Below, piece by piece: positions 43,540 through 56,155 of a stretch of DNA of 64,000 bases (positions are counted from its first letter, which is position 1; each line of letters starts with the position of its first letter). Under the pieces are notes generated by a model. That model was not told the DNA's origin. It did not search any database and saw only the letters and a list, made by a program, of their open reading frames with translations. A program made the position numbers and the translations under genes. The stretch lies in NCBI RefSeq assembly GCF_030684315.1, contig NC_081386.1, positions 29,741,020 to 29,805,019 of the forward strand. Reading direction: 5' to 3'. The DNA comes from Stegostoma tigrinum. Taxonomy: Eukaryota.

Positions 43540-43910
43540 GACTCAGCTGGTGGTGTTTTTACCTCAGAATCCCAGATTTTAAAGTTGCACGAGAGGGCCT
43601 GGACACAAAACCAAGGCTGACCCTCCAGTGGTACAGAAAGAATGATGTCTTTTTGATAAGACTTTAAACTGAAGCCCCATCTGTCCTGTTAGTGAATGAC
43701 AATTACAAGACATTGAAGAAGAGCTGGATGCTCTCACTGTTGCCCTTGTTCGACTCTCGTAGATTTCAGGTGCATATCGCATTGACGTTTGTGTGCTCAG
43801 TGCAAATTGGCTGCCACAGTGCAATGGTGCCTACAATACAAAAGTGCTTCGTTGGCTGCAAAGTGACATCCAGTGGCTACGAAACCACTACACAAATGCA
43901 AATCTTTTCT
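43540..43910 (+). mobile_element. Deu-domain SINE (SacSINE1-like); related copies at ~11760-12050, 12380-12740, 22960-23330, 33540-33850, and 54800-54985 + 56160-56370
   Basis: Deu-like core gtgcaaattggctgcc...aaaagtgcttcgttggctg and a tRNA-like head. Confidence 0.65.
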
Positions 43911-45259
43911 TTTTGGACAAAAATAGGATTGTTCGCTGTGACATTGTTCTCTGTCTTGACTGAAGAGCCTCTCACAACCCTGCCATGTGTTTGTGAGACA
44001 CACTGGGGCGATATGGAAATCACAGGCTTCAGGAAAGGATGGAGAAAACAGGGAAGAAGGAAACCCATAAAAGAAAATAACGTGAGATGACCTAAATAAT
44101 GAAGGGATTAAAACTCTTATTGGCCAGAATAAAAATGGGGATTTGATTTAAACAAAATAGGAAAATACAACCCATTTCATTACTGAGTTAAATTTAAGCA
44201 ATTATGAAGGCATCTCAATATTTACCACTTTGATCAGTGAAGCCATTTGATGAGTTAAGCTCTTTATCTTTTATCGAATAAATTCTTAAATAGATTATAG
44301 AAAAGCGAGAAATAAGCACTGACTTACCCCTGGCTGCATCCTTCTGTATTAAAACTAAACATGACCTATTTTCATTAATCTTCACTTTATAAGGGGGGGG
44401 AGGGTCAGAGATAGAATCTGTAAGTGTCCCACTGTGTAAACCTCTGATATAAATCTACAAATAAATTAGTTTTGTTGCTCGTGAAATTTCAATTCCAGGG
44501 TCTAGAATTTATGTCCCAAGATGTTACTAATGATGGTGAAAGTTTTGAGGATATTTGTTTAAATGCCAATGAAATTTCACATATGCATTGATGTGTTTCT
44601 AATAGATATTGCACAGCACAATTCCAGGGAAAAAGATCTTTAAATCATTATCGCATTCAAAAACCTCTTTGCAATACACAGGGATACCAACAGCATGCAT
44701 TCAGTTCCCACGCTAGCTGAGGTTATCCTGAAGGTCAAAGAGGCAGAGAAAAGCCAAGTGCCGAGCTAAAGAAGGAAACTTTGTAAAGGATGAGTAAACA
44801 TGTGGTCAAAGAGCTGAGTTTTGTGTAAGGAATTCCCACAGTGAGACAGAAGGAGACAGAAGTGCAAGACACTGTGACCATAAGGAGCTGAGATAGACCA
44901 TTCAGCCCATCGAGGGTGCTCTAACAATTAATGAGGCCACTCTGATAATTCTCAGCTTCACTTTCCTGCTTTTTTCCCATAACCCTTGATTCCCATACTG
45001 ATTGAAAATCTGTCTGTTTCAGCCTTGAAAGACGGAACTTCAACAGCCCTCTGTGGTTTTAAAAAAAATCCACAGATTCCTTATCCTCTGAGAGAGATTT
45101 CTCCTCATTCCTGTCTTAAGTGTGTGACTCCTTATTCTGAGAGTATGTCTCCTGGCCCCAGAGTCTCTCACAAGGGAAAACAGCTCTCCCTAACTACCGT
45201 GTCAAATCCCCACAAATCTGAAATGAAAACCAAAAGAACTGTGGATACTGACAAAGGGT

Positions 45260-45805
45260 GAGTTTTGAGAAGATTTGTAGCTCAACAACACACTAAAACA
45301 GCAGCTAATGAACTTAAAAGACCCTATACAGACAACAAGCAAAACGAACGTCATTTACAAAATACATTGCAAGAACTGTGACAAACATTACATTGGACAA
45401 ACAGGCAGAAAGCTAGCCACCAGGATACATGAACATCAACCAGCCACAAAACGACATGACCCACTATCACTAGTATCCTTACATACAGATGAGGAAGGAC
45501 ACCACTTTGATTGGGACAACACATCCATCCTAGGGCAAGCCAAACAGAGACACGCATGAGAATTCCTAGAAGCATGGCATTCCAACTGGAACTCCATCAA
45601 CAAACACATTGATTTGGAGCCCATCTACCATCCTCTGAGAAAAAGAACAGGAAATGACATCACCAACCCAAGGAAACCTAAACAGATAAATAGAAAGCGG
45701 GACATAACACCAGCGCTTTGTCGGAGGCTTACTGATGATGTTACCTAGAATGGTGACGAAACGTCTGAAAACGAACCTTCCAGCTCAGCGAGCAAACTCA
45801 CATCC
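45260..45805 (+). mobile_element. Penelope-like element (family C, Poseidon-like) with inverted 5' terminal fragment
   Basis: GIY-YIG NVIYKIHCKNCDKHYIGQTGRKLATRIHEH with a premature stop at 45557-45559. 13-bp TSD ACTGACAAAGGGT at 45247-45259 and 45806-45818. Confidence 0.9.
45729..45768 (+). ncRNA. Minimal hammerhead ribozyme motif
   Basis: tta-CTGATGA-t-GTTACC-tagaat-GGTGAC-GAAA-cGTC-tga: 6-bp stem II, 3-bp stem I, GUC cleavage triplet ending at 45765. Confidence 0.7.
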
Positions 45806-46164
45806 ACTGACAAAGGGTCACCAGATCTGAAACATTAACTCTGATTTCTCTCCACAGATGCTGCCAGAACTGCTGAGCTTTTCCAGCAACTTCTGTTTTT
45901 GCCCCGAAGAATCCTGTTTGCATCAATAAGATCATTTCCTATTCTTATATATTCCAACCACAAAGAGTTAGAGAAATACAGAGTTTGGAAAGCCAGAGGA
46001 AAGAGAGAGAAAAAATGACAAGGAAAGGTTTCACCAGGAGGACAAGAATTTTAATGTTCCGGAGAACATTTTTATTTATGACTAGATGTTCGGTCCAGTC
46101 CTCAAACGTAGTACGCATGTGATATAATTACGTCAACATAGGAGATAAAAGGTAGCATTTGCAA

Positions 46165-46446
46165 TCATACAATCCCTTCAGTGTGGAAACAAGCCCGCAC
46201 TGACCCTCATACCATCCACCCAAACTGATAACCCACCTAATCTACACATCCCTGAACACTACAGGCAATTAAGCACGGCCAATTCATCTAACCTGCACAT
46301 CTTTGAACTGTGGGAGGAAACCAGAGCAAACCCACACAGACAAAGAGAGAATGTACAAACTCCACACAGACAGTTGTCCGAGGCTGGAATTGAACCCGGG
46401 TCCCTGGTGCTGTGAGGCTGCAGTGCTAACCAGTGAGCCACCGTGC
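46165..46446 (-). mobile_element. HE1-like V-SINE
   Basis: gcacggtggctcactggttagcactgcagcctcacagcaccagggacccgggttcaattcc head. Confidence 0.85.
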
Positions 46447-47014
46447 TGCTCTTTGGCCTGTTGACTAAACAGAGTTATTTCTAATGAAACGTTTATATAT
46501 TCATGTTGAACTTGATTGAAGTTCATATGATTCTGCTTGGCCTTGACAAGATGGGTATGGAAAGAATAGTTCCTCTTCTGGGTCCCTCCACTTTAAATTA
46601 AGGGCTTTAGGGCAGAAATAAGGAGATATTGTTCTTGCAGAAGATGACTTTGGAATTCTCTGCCTCAGAAGTTGGTGGAGACAGGTCATTCATTATGTTT
46701 AAGACAGAGGTGGATGGACCCTTTCTCTGCTGCAAATCAGGAGTTATCAGCATCGGAGAGGTGAGTGTGCAATTTGAAGCACAAAAACTTCAGCCATATT
46801 CCTATTGAATAGCCGAGCAGTCTCAAGGGACCAGATGGTTTGCGACTGCTCCTATTTCGTATGTTTATACACGTTAGTTACTGACTTTTCACATTTAAAC
46901 ATTTCTCTCAGCTCAAATATGTGAAAATCCAAACAATTCAGGAAAGTATGACTGCATCAAAAGTTGAAGTAACTACCATCAATTTCAGGAATCTGAAATC
47001 CTGAGCCAATACAT

Positions 47015-47620
47015 GGAGTCATAGAGTCATATAACATAGAAACAGACCCTTCAGTCCAACCAGTCCTTGCCAACCATATTCCCAAACTAACCTAGTCCTA
47101 CCTACCTGCGCTTGGCCATATCCCTCCAAACGTTTCTTATTCATATTTATCTCAATGTCCATTAAACATTGAAACTGTACCCAGATCTACCTCTTTCTCT
47201 GGAAGTTCATTCCATACATAAACCACTCTACGTAAAAAAATTGTCTGGTATGTTTTTTTTAAATCTTTCTCCTCTCACTTTAAAAATCTGCCCCCTAGTC
47301 TTGAAATCCCTCACCTTAGGGAAAAGACAATTGCCATTCACCTTTTCTCTACCCCTCATTATTTTATAAACCTCTACTCTCCAGTGAAAAAACCTCAACC
47401 TGTCCAGCCTGACCTTATCACTCAACCCCTCATTCCTGGCAACATCCTGGTAAATCTTTTCTGAACCCTCTCCAGCTTAATACTTTCTTTCCTTTAACTG
47501 AGTGACTAGAACTGCGCACGGGACTCCAGAAGAAGCCTCGCCAACATCCTATATGACCTCAACACAGCATCCCAACTCCTATACTCAAAGTCTGAGCAGT
47601 GAAGGCAAGCGTGCAAAATT
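47015..47620 (-). mobile_element. CR1 3' fragment
   Basis: VEVYKIMRG...FPKVRDFKTRGQIFKVRGERFKK. Confidence 0.85.
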
Positions 47621-49064
47621 CCTCAGAAGGCAATGCTGATCAGGTGAGATGTAGTAGGCGGGAGGAGGTAAACGCCATCTAACATCTTCACATGAGAAGA
47701 ATAAGCAAAGTTATTGTAAAAGTCTGAATCCAGTTAGATTCCATGACAATGTAACTGAATTTAGACATTTACAATAACTTCCGCTCATTAACTGGGTTTG
47801 TAAGTAATTTCTTTGTTATCAATAATTTGCTCTTGCATTATATAATTGCAATGCTTTGTGTCACAGCAGCCAATGTCTCTGAGCTTAGACACTCTAGGTT
47901 CAAGTTTCACTCCAGCACCTGGAAGTTGGATTCATAATGCAGCCAAACAAATTTTGACTCTCAACACACATCAGTGCAGGCATTAAGTCCGGGAGAGATT
48001 CCTGGTCAGATAGGTGACACAATGGAAATTGGAGCCTCTATCATCATAAACCATAGCTCCGTTATCTGTGCAGCCACCATGAAAAAGTGCACATTGTCAC
48101 AGCAACCAGAACCCCCTGAGTGAACGGTAACATGCCATCAGCAAATATAATTGCTACATTAAGTGAAACACTTAATTACCAGTATGCCTTTGATTCTGTA
48201 CCATCCAGCAGCTGCTAATTACCTCTGTCTACAGAATCACCAAGTAAAAAGATGCTCTTGTTTTGTAAAACAAACTTTCGTTCTTCCACAATTTATCAGT
48301 GTTTACAGCGCCTTGGAACTCAGGATTCAGAAAGCATTGCCAAGAGTGTAATAATGTGACCTCATTAAGAAGATGATTGTTAGTGCTGTTGGAATGCGAG
48401 GTCATTCTTAGTTCAAACGTTCAGGAGTCATTTCTTTGAAATAAAATCATACTTTCTTCCTTAACAATCAAAGGTAAAAACTTGCCATTATTAAAATACA
48501 GGTAAGAAAAAGCATTTTTAAGACATTGAAGGATTCGAATGGGCACACGTACAGGAATAAGGTTAAAACCTGACACCAAAAACCAAAGAATGAGCTATGA
48601 TCATGCACCAAGTCAAAGGGCAACTTTTGAGAAGCGTCTGAATGGAGGAAAGGCATTGGGGCAGAATTGCAGAGTTTAATAGTCTGACCAACAGAAGGCG
48701 CTGGTGCCAAAGCAAAGGTAGTTGACTATAAGGTGATTTAAGAAATAGGAAGAAGCATAGACCATTCAGGCCCTCAAGCCCACTCCACCACTCATTAGGA
48801 TGATCTGACATTCCACATCTCCAATTTCCTGCCCTTTCCCCATAACCCTCAATTCCCCAACTGATCAAAAATCTAAATATTTCAGCCTTATGTACACACA
48901 AAGGACCCTGCCCCCACAGCTCTCTGTGGCAAGAAGTTCTAAAAATTCACAGCCTTCTGAGAGAAGAAATTCCTCCTCAGCTCAGTCTTAAATTGGCACC
49001 CCTTTATTCTGAGACTAAGCCCTCTGGACTTAGATTCTCCTATGATGGGAAACGTTGTCTCAGC

Positions 49065-49863
49065 TGTGAGTTTGCTCGCTGAACTGGAAGGTTCGTTTTA
49101 AGACGTTTCGTCACCATTCTAGGCAACATCATCAGTGAGCCTCCGGTGAAGCGCTGGTGTTATGTCCCGCTTTCTATTTATCTGTTTAGGTTTCCTTGGG
49201 TTGGTGATGTCATTTCCTGCATTGGTGATGTCATTTCCTGTTCTTTTTCTCAAAGGATGGTAGATGGGCTCCAAATCAATGTGTTTGTTGATGGAATTCC
49301 GGTTGGAATGCCATGCTTCTAGGAATTCTCGTGCGTGTCTCTGTTTGGCTTGCCCTAGGATGCATGTATTGTCCCAAAGTGGTGTCCTTCCTCATCTGTA
49401 TGTAAGGATACTAGTGATAGTGGGGCATGCCTTTTTGTGGCTAGTTGATGTTCATGTATCATGGTGGCTGGCTTTCTGCCTGTTTGTCCAATGTAGTGTT
49501 TGTCACAGTTCTTGCAAGGTATTTTGTAAATGACGTTCGTTTTGCTTGTTGTCTGTATAGGGTCTTTTAAGTTCATTAGCTGCTGTTTTAGTGTGTTGGT
49601 GGGTTTGTGGGCAACCATGATGCCAAGAGGTCTGAGTAGTCTGGCAGTCATTTCCGAAATGTCTTTGATGTAGGGGAGAGTGGTTATGGTTTCTGGGCAC
49701 GTTTTGTCTGTTTATTTGGGTTTATTGCTGAGAAATCGGCGGGCTGTGTTCATTGGGTACCCGTTCTTTTTGAATACGCTGTATAGGTGATTTTCTTCTG
49801 CACAGATTTTCTTCTTCTTCACATCCAGAACCTCAACCTGAGCTACAAATCTTCTCAAAACTC
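49065..49863 (-). mobile_element. Penelope-like element (family C), second copy; hammerhead motif at 49099-49138
   Basis: Same GIY-YIG peptide (ORF 49355-49651). TSD (C)GTTGTCTCAGC at 49053-49064 and 49863-49874. Inserted in a CR1 3' end. Confidence 0.9.
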
Positions 49864-50329
49864 GTTGTCTCAGCATTTACCCTGTCCAACCCTTAAATAA
49901 CAACCAAAAGAACTGTGGATGCTGTAAATCAGGAACAAAAACAAAGTTGCTGGAAAAGTTCTAATGAGTAGAATCCCAACCTGTTTAGCTTTTGCTCAGA
50001 AGACAATCCACCCCTACCAGGAATCATCCTAGCCAGCTTTCTCTGAGCTGCTTCCAATGATATATTTCCTGAAATACACGGCCCAAAATACTATGGTACA
50101 TAAAATGTGGCCTCACTGGTAACTTCCACAGTTGCAGTAAGGCTTCCTTTCTGCTATACTCTAAACCCATCATGAATATGAGCTGCCATTCCATTAGCCT
50201 TTCTGACTATCAGATGCCCCTGTGTGCTAGCTTTCTGTGTTTCATGCACAAGTTCCCCAAAGTCCCTTTTGTGTTGCAACTTTCTGCAGATTTTCTCCAT
50301 TTGAATAGTACTGTTCTGGTTTGATATCT

Positions 50330-52510
50330 TTGGCAAACAGGATTAAGAAGAAACCCAGGACCCTTTATAGGTATATTAGAAGTAAGAGGGCAACACCAGG
50401 GAAAGGCTAGGTCTTCTCTAGGCATGGGAGGGAATTTGTGCGTGGAGCCAAAGAAAGTGGGTGAGATATTTAATGAGTACTTCTCATCAGCATTCACCAA
50501 GGAGAAAGACATGGATGATGGGAGGATTAGGGAGGGATATGTTGATGTTCTAGGGCATGTTAATATTAATAAGGAGAAGGTGTTGGCATTATGAAAAACA
50601 CTAAGGTTGATAAGGCTTGTTGGGATACTGAGAAAGGCAAGGAAAGAGATCATTGGGGCCTCGACAGATAGCATTTTGTCCTCTTCTGCCACAGGTAAGG
50701 TCCCAGAAGACTGGAGAGTAGCTAATGTTTTTTCTTTGTTTAAGAAGGGCAACAATGACAATCCAGGAAATTACAGACCAGTGAAGTTTACATCAGTGGT
50801 AAGGAAATTATTGGAGAAGATTCTTAGTGGAAAATTTACCATGCTTGTACTTGCGAAAAGAATGAACTTCTTAGGTTTAGTGAACATAATTTTGTGTGGG
50901 GGAGGTCTTGTCCCACAAATTTGAATGAGTTTTTTGGGGAAGTGATGAAGATGATTAATGAGGGTAGGGCAGTGAATGTAATCTACATGGACTTTACTAA
51001 GGCATCTGACAAGGTCCTTCATGGTAGGCTGGCCCAGAAGATTATGTTTCATGGGATCCACAGTGAGTTGGTAAGTTGGAAACAAAATTGGCTTGGTCAT
51101 GGAAGACATGGGGTAGCTGTGGAGGAGTGTTTTTTTTTCTGTCTGGAGGTCTGTGACCAGTGGTGTTCCACAAGAAATTGTGCTGGCAATCTGTTGCTTG
51201 TAATATATATAAATGATTTGGATGAAAACGTAGGTGGTCTGATTAGTAACTTTGCAGATGATACAAAAATTGGTGAAGCTATGGATAGTGAGGAAAGCTA
51301 TCAAAGGATACAGCGGGATATAGATCAGCTGGAAAGTTGAGTGGAGAATGCCAGACAAGCATGAGGTGATGCATTTTGGGATGTCAAGTGCAAGACAAAA
51401 GTAAACAATAAATGACAGGACCCTTAGGAGCATTGATATGCAGAGGCACTTAGGTGCAAATCCATAGCTCCCTGAAAGTGATAGGTAGATAAGGTGGAAA
51501 AGAAGGCATACAACATGTGTGCCTTCATCAATCAGGGCATTGAGCACAAAAGTTAGCAAATCACATTGCAGCTGTATAAAACTTTATTTCTAAAAAAAAC
51601 CCAGAAGAAATGCGGGTGCTGTGAATCAGGAATAAAAATGAAGTTGCTAGAAAAACTCAGCAGACCTGGCAGCATCCGTGAAGGAAAAAACAGAGTTAAC
51701 ATTTCAATGATAATGGGAACTGCAGATGCTGGAGAATCCAAGATAATAAAATGTGAGGCTGGATGAACACAGCAGGCCAAGCAGCATCTCAGGAGCACAA
51801 AAGCTGACGTTTCGGGCCTAGACTCTTAACATTTCAAGTCTGGTGTTTTGAGGAAGGGTCACCAGACTTGAAACGTTAACTCTGAGTTTTTCCTTCACAG
51901 ATGCTACCAGACCTGTTGAACTTTTCCAGCAACTTTGTTTTCAAAACTTTATTTCTACCACATTTGGAGAATGCAGTTCTGGTCACCACACTATAGGGTG
52001 TGGAGGCTTTGGAGAGGGTGTAAAAGAGATTTAGCAGGATGTTGCCTGGATTCAAATATATTAGTTAGAAGGAGAGGTTGGACAAACTTGGGTTGTTTTC
52101 ACTCAAGAGTCAGAGGCTGAGGGGTGACATGATAGAAGTATATAACGTTATGAGAGGCAAGGATAGGGTGGATAGTTTGAATCTCTTTCCCAGAGTAGAA
52201 ATGTCAAATACTAGGAGGCATAGGTTTATGGTAAGGGTGGTGGAGGGGGAGAGTTCAAAGGAGATGTGCAAGGCAAGTTTTTTACACAGAGGGTGGTAGA
52301 CGCCTGGGGTAGAATCCTGGCACTGCTCGGGGGTGTGGTAGAAGCAGAAACGATAACAGTGTTTAAGAGGCATTTAGATAGACACATGAACAGGCAGGGA
52401 ATATAGAGATATAGAACAAGTGCAAGTAAATGGGATCAGCTTAGAATGGCATCATAGACAGTGCAGACATGGTGGGTTGAAGGGCCTATTCTTGTGCTGT
52501 ACTGATCTAT
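50330..52510 (+). mobile_element. Degenerate CR1 ORF2 (reverse transcriptase region)
   Basis: VPEDWRVANVFSLFKKGNNDNPGNYRPV; IYMDFTKASDKV; IYINDLD..ISNFADDTKIG. Confidence 0.9.
51590..51940. mobile_element. Family A fold-back element with a nested family B terminus (~51707-51825), inside a CR1
   Basis: Both arm types are recognisable; degenerate hammerhead TTGAGGA..GAAACGTTaac at ~51848-51880. Confidence 0.8.
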
Positions 52511-54044
52511 GATCTTCCTCCTATAATGAACAATTTCATTTTTTCCTACATTATACTCCATTTCCCAATATTCTGCCCACTTACTTAAACTATCAATATC
52601 ACTTGGTAAACTGTTTTTATCTTTCTTGCTCCCAGCCTTTTCACCTAGTTTTGTGATGTCTGCAAATTTGGCTGCGGTTTATTCACTTCCTTCCTCCAAG
52701 TCATTGATATATATTGTATACAGTTGCAGTTAGATACAAAAAGGTTAGAGTTGATTGAACACAGTAACTTTGAAGAGTTCTAGGACAATAAGAGGTTACG
52801 GAATTAAAAAGTGTACTGAAGCCATGTAGGATTTGGACACAAGGAGGAGGAATTTAAAACTGAAGCATTTTGTGGACCAGGAGAGAGTAAGCACTGAGGC
52901 TAATAGAGTTTAACGAATATGGGCAGATGATCTTTGGGTGAACAGAAGTTTCCAGAGGGTGGAGTGAAGTGTGAAACATATGCTGCTGCTAGATACATTG
53001 TGCCTGATGATAAATTTAAGGAGAATCCAGCTCTGGAGTAGTGCCTCTAGCGCCTCGTGGAGGTAGCTCAATAAGAGCTATTGCAAAGTGGTCTGTCTGC
53101 ATTTCTGTTCATGTTCAACAGCCAGGAGTGAAAATCAGTACATGGTTGAGTGACACTGTAGGTGAGCTTGCAGTTTACAACCTGATTATCAAATCCTTCC
53201 AATATGCCTACCATGGCAGGGGTAAGAATGAGAGTCTCCTGGTTGATACACACAATGGCCCTCAAGCTACAGTCTCTGATGATCTAGTTCCAGGAAAACC
53301 TAACGATGGAAATACACATAAAGCATGTGCTTTGTCTGCCTCAATAGGATATGGTGAATCTCCTAAATTCCTGAGTCACTAGCTGGTCATTTACTTAAGT
53401 GCCCTGGGACTGGGCGTAAAGGGGATGGATCATATGGCACCATTACCTTGGATAGCAACCTGAATCTACCCCCACTGCCCATTGCAATGAGACCTGGGTG
53501 CTCTTGTATGCCAGTCATTGAGAGTAGGCATGCAGATGCAGCAGGGAATGAGGAAGGCAAATGGTATGTTTGTCCTCATTACAAGAAAGCTCAATACAGG
53601 AGCAGGTTGGATCGCTGCAATTGTACAGGGTCTTGGTAAGGTCACACCTGGAGTATTGTGTGCAGTAATGTCCAGGAAGGATGCTCTGGCTATGGACAAA
53701 GTGAAAAATCATTCTACCAGACTGATTCTTGGGAAGGATGGGCTGAGGGATGAAGAGAGACTGGATTGGTGAGGACTATATTCACTGGAGTTTAGAAGAA
53801 TAAGGGGGTATCACGTAAAAACCTATAAAATTCTAACAGCACTTGACAGGGTAAATGCAGGAATGTAAGGCTGGAGTGCCCAGAACCAGGGTCGCAGTCT
53901 AGGAATATGGGATAGGCCATTTAGGACTGAGTGGAGGAGAAAATTCTGAACCCAGAGAGTAGGGAGCCTACGGAATTCTTTACCACAGAAAGTGGGTACA
54001 GCCAGCATATCGAAAGTTTTCAAGAAAGAGTTAGATCAGAAGGG

Positions 54045-54362
54045 TGTCCTGGTGGCTCTGTGGTTAGCAACTGCTACCTCATAGCGCCAGGGACCTGGGT
54101 TTGATCCCACCCTCGGGCGACTGTCTGTGTGGAGTTTGCACATTCTCCCTGTGTCTGCGTGGGTTTCTTTCGGGTGCTCCGGTTTTCTCTCACAGTCCAA
54201 AGGTGTGCAGTTTATGTTGATTGGCCAGGCTAAATTGCCCGAAGTGTTCAGGGATGTGTAAGTTAGGTGGGTTATTGGAGGATAGGCCTGCATGGGATGC
54301 TCTGAGGGCCAGTGTGTACTTGTTGGGCCGGGAGACCTGTTTCCACACTGTAGGGATTCTAT
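54045..54362 (+). mobile_element. HE1-like V-SINE nested in a CR1 3' end
   Basis: ggtggctctgtggttagc...gtgtggagtttgcacattctccc core. Confidence 0.85.
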
Positions 54363-54531
54363 GAAAAGGTCAGAAGAAAAGGGGGAACAGGGCACTGAGT
54401 TACTGATCAGCCATGATCACGATAAACAGTGGAGCAGGTTCAAAGGGCTGAATAGCCTCTTCCTGCTCCTAGTTTCTATGTTTCTGTGGGTGGGAGGGGA
54501 CAATAGGGGTGGAGGTGGTCATTGGTCATTA

Positions 54532-54737
54532 CAGTCGGTTCTGATATAACGCGATAGCTGTGACCTTGAGTTATAAGAATATTGTGCAATAGCAGAGCCA
54601 TTTAAACAAATTGGGTCGGAATCACATTGTAGCCAATAAAGGTAAGGAAAGTTTGAATTCTGCAAATAGTGGTCTAAATTCTTCAATTACGTCAAAGCCA
54701 ATTCGCATTGAAACATGCATTATAGTAGAACCGATTA
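54532..54737. mobile_element. Tc1/mariner (pogo/Tigger-like) MITE
   Basis: TA|CAGTCGGTTCTGATATAACGC ... GCATTATAGTAGAACCGATTA|TA: imperfect terminal inverted repeats with TA TSD. Confidence 0.7.
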
Positions 54738-54989
54738 TATTGTAGCAACAGACCTCAGCACTACTTGACCAGGAAGCCCAAGGGGCAAGAAGGGTATAAA
54801 TTCAACTCCAAAGATTAGGCACGTGAACTAACCTGACACCCCCACTGTGCACCAGTAAGGGGATGCTGCACTGTTGGAGATGCCGTGTTTTGGGTGAGAC
54901 ATTAAACCAAGGCTCCAGTTGGGATCTCAGGTGGGTAAGAAGGATCCCACGGCTAAATTGAAAGGAGAGCAGGACAGAGCTCCCAGCAC

Positions 54990-56155
54990 TCAAACAAAAA
55001 TGGAAATTGCTGGAGAAATGCAACAAGTCTGGTAGCGTCTGTGGAGAGGAAGCGGAGTCAATGTTTCAGGTCCAGTGAGCCTAATTCAGAACTGATTGTA
55101 GCTCGGGAAAGGTTGATAAATACGCTGAAGAAGTGGGGGCAGGGGGACCCCAGTGAGAGAGAGAAACAGCTGGGCGGACAAACTTAAAGGTTAAAGGTCA
55201 GCCTGGGAGAATGGTTACTTGCTGAGGGGAACCATTAGTGACTGAGAATGGTAGCAGCCCATGTGATGACAAGGCCTGGTATATGGGGCTGAGGGAAAAC
55301 ATGGGGAAAGGTGCTCAAGACCTCAAATTGTTGATCTCAATACTGAGTCCAGAGGGCTGCAGGGTTCTGAGTGGAAAATGAGGTGTTCTTCCAGCTTGTG
55401 CTGAGCTTCGCTGGAGCACCGCAACAAGCCAGAGACAGAGATGTTAGTCAGGGAACAAACATCCACATCAAAGGGATCATTAGTCACCATTTTCTGCAGG
55501 ATGGCACCACCAGACACATATTCCCCTCCCCTCCCTTGACCCGCCTTGTGTAAGGGCCATTCCCTTCAGGACTCCTTGGTCCACTCTTCCTCCACTCCCA
55601 ACACCTGCTCCCAACAACCCTACAGCACCTTCCCCTGAAATTTCAAAAGCTGTATCACCTGCCCATTTACCTCCTCCCCCTCCCCCCCCCCCCCCAGTAT
55701 CCAAGGGCCCAAACACACCTTCCAGGTGAAGCAACACTTCACCTGCATTTCATTCAATCTAGTCTGCTGCATTTGCTGCTCACAATGTGGTCTCCCCTAC
55801 ATTGGGGAAACAGAGCATTGACTAGGTGACCGCTTCTCAGAACATCCACATTCTGTCTGTAAAAATGACCCTAAGCTTCCAGTTGCCTGTAATTTCAACA
55901 CACCACCGTGTTCCCTGGCCAACACCTCTCTAGGTTCCATCTCCACCCACCGTTTACTCCTGTAATCCTCCACCTCATCCTCAGCATATATACCAACCCT
56001 TTTCTCGCTATAATCAGATCTGAAAAATGGTCAATGGACCCAAAACTTTAACTCTGCTTTCTCGTCACAGATGCCGCCAGACCTGCTGAGTTTTTCCAGG
56101 AATATCTGTTTTTATTTCTGATTTCCAGCATCCGCAGTTCCTTGGTTATTTTTGT
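54990..56155 (+). mobile_element. Degenerate Penelope element (family A) with inverted terminal repeat, nested in a Deu-type SINE
   Basis: Remnant YIGET..LGDRFSEH near 55797-55850; the termini are inverted copies of the ...tgctggaaaaactcagcaggtctggcagcatctgtggag... unit. Confidence 0.75.

Noticed and set aside
53041-53382. 113-aa ORF in a non-repetitive island
   Set aside because: GTG start, no recognisable homology or consistent splice frame.
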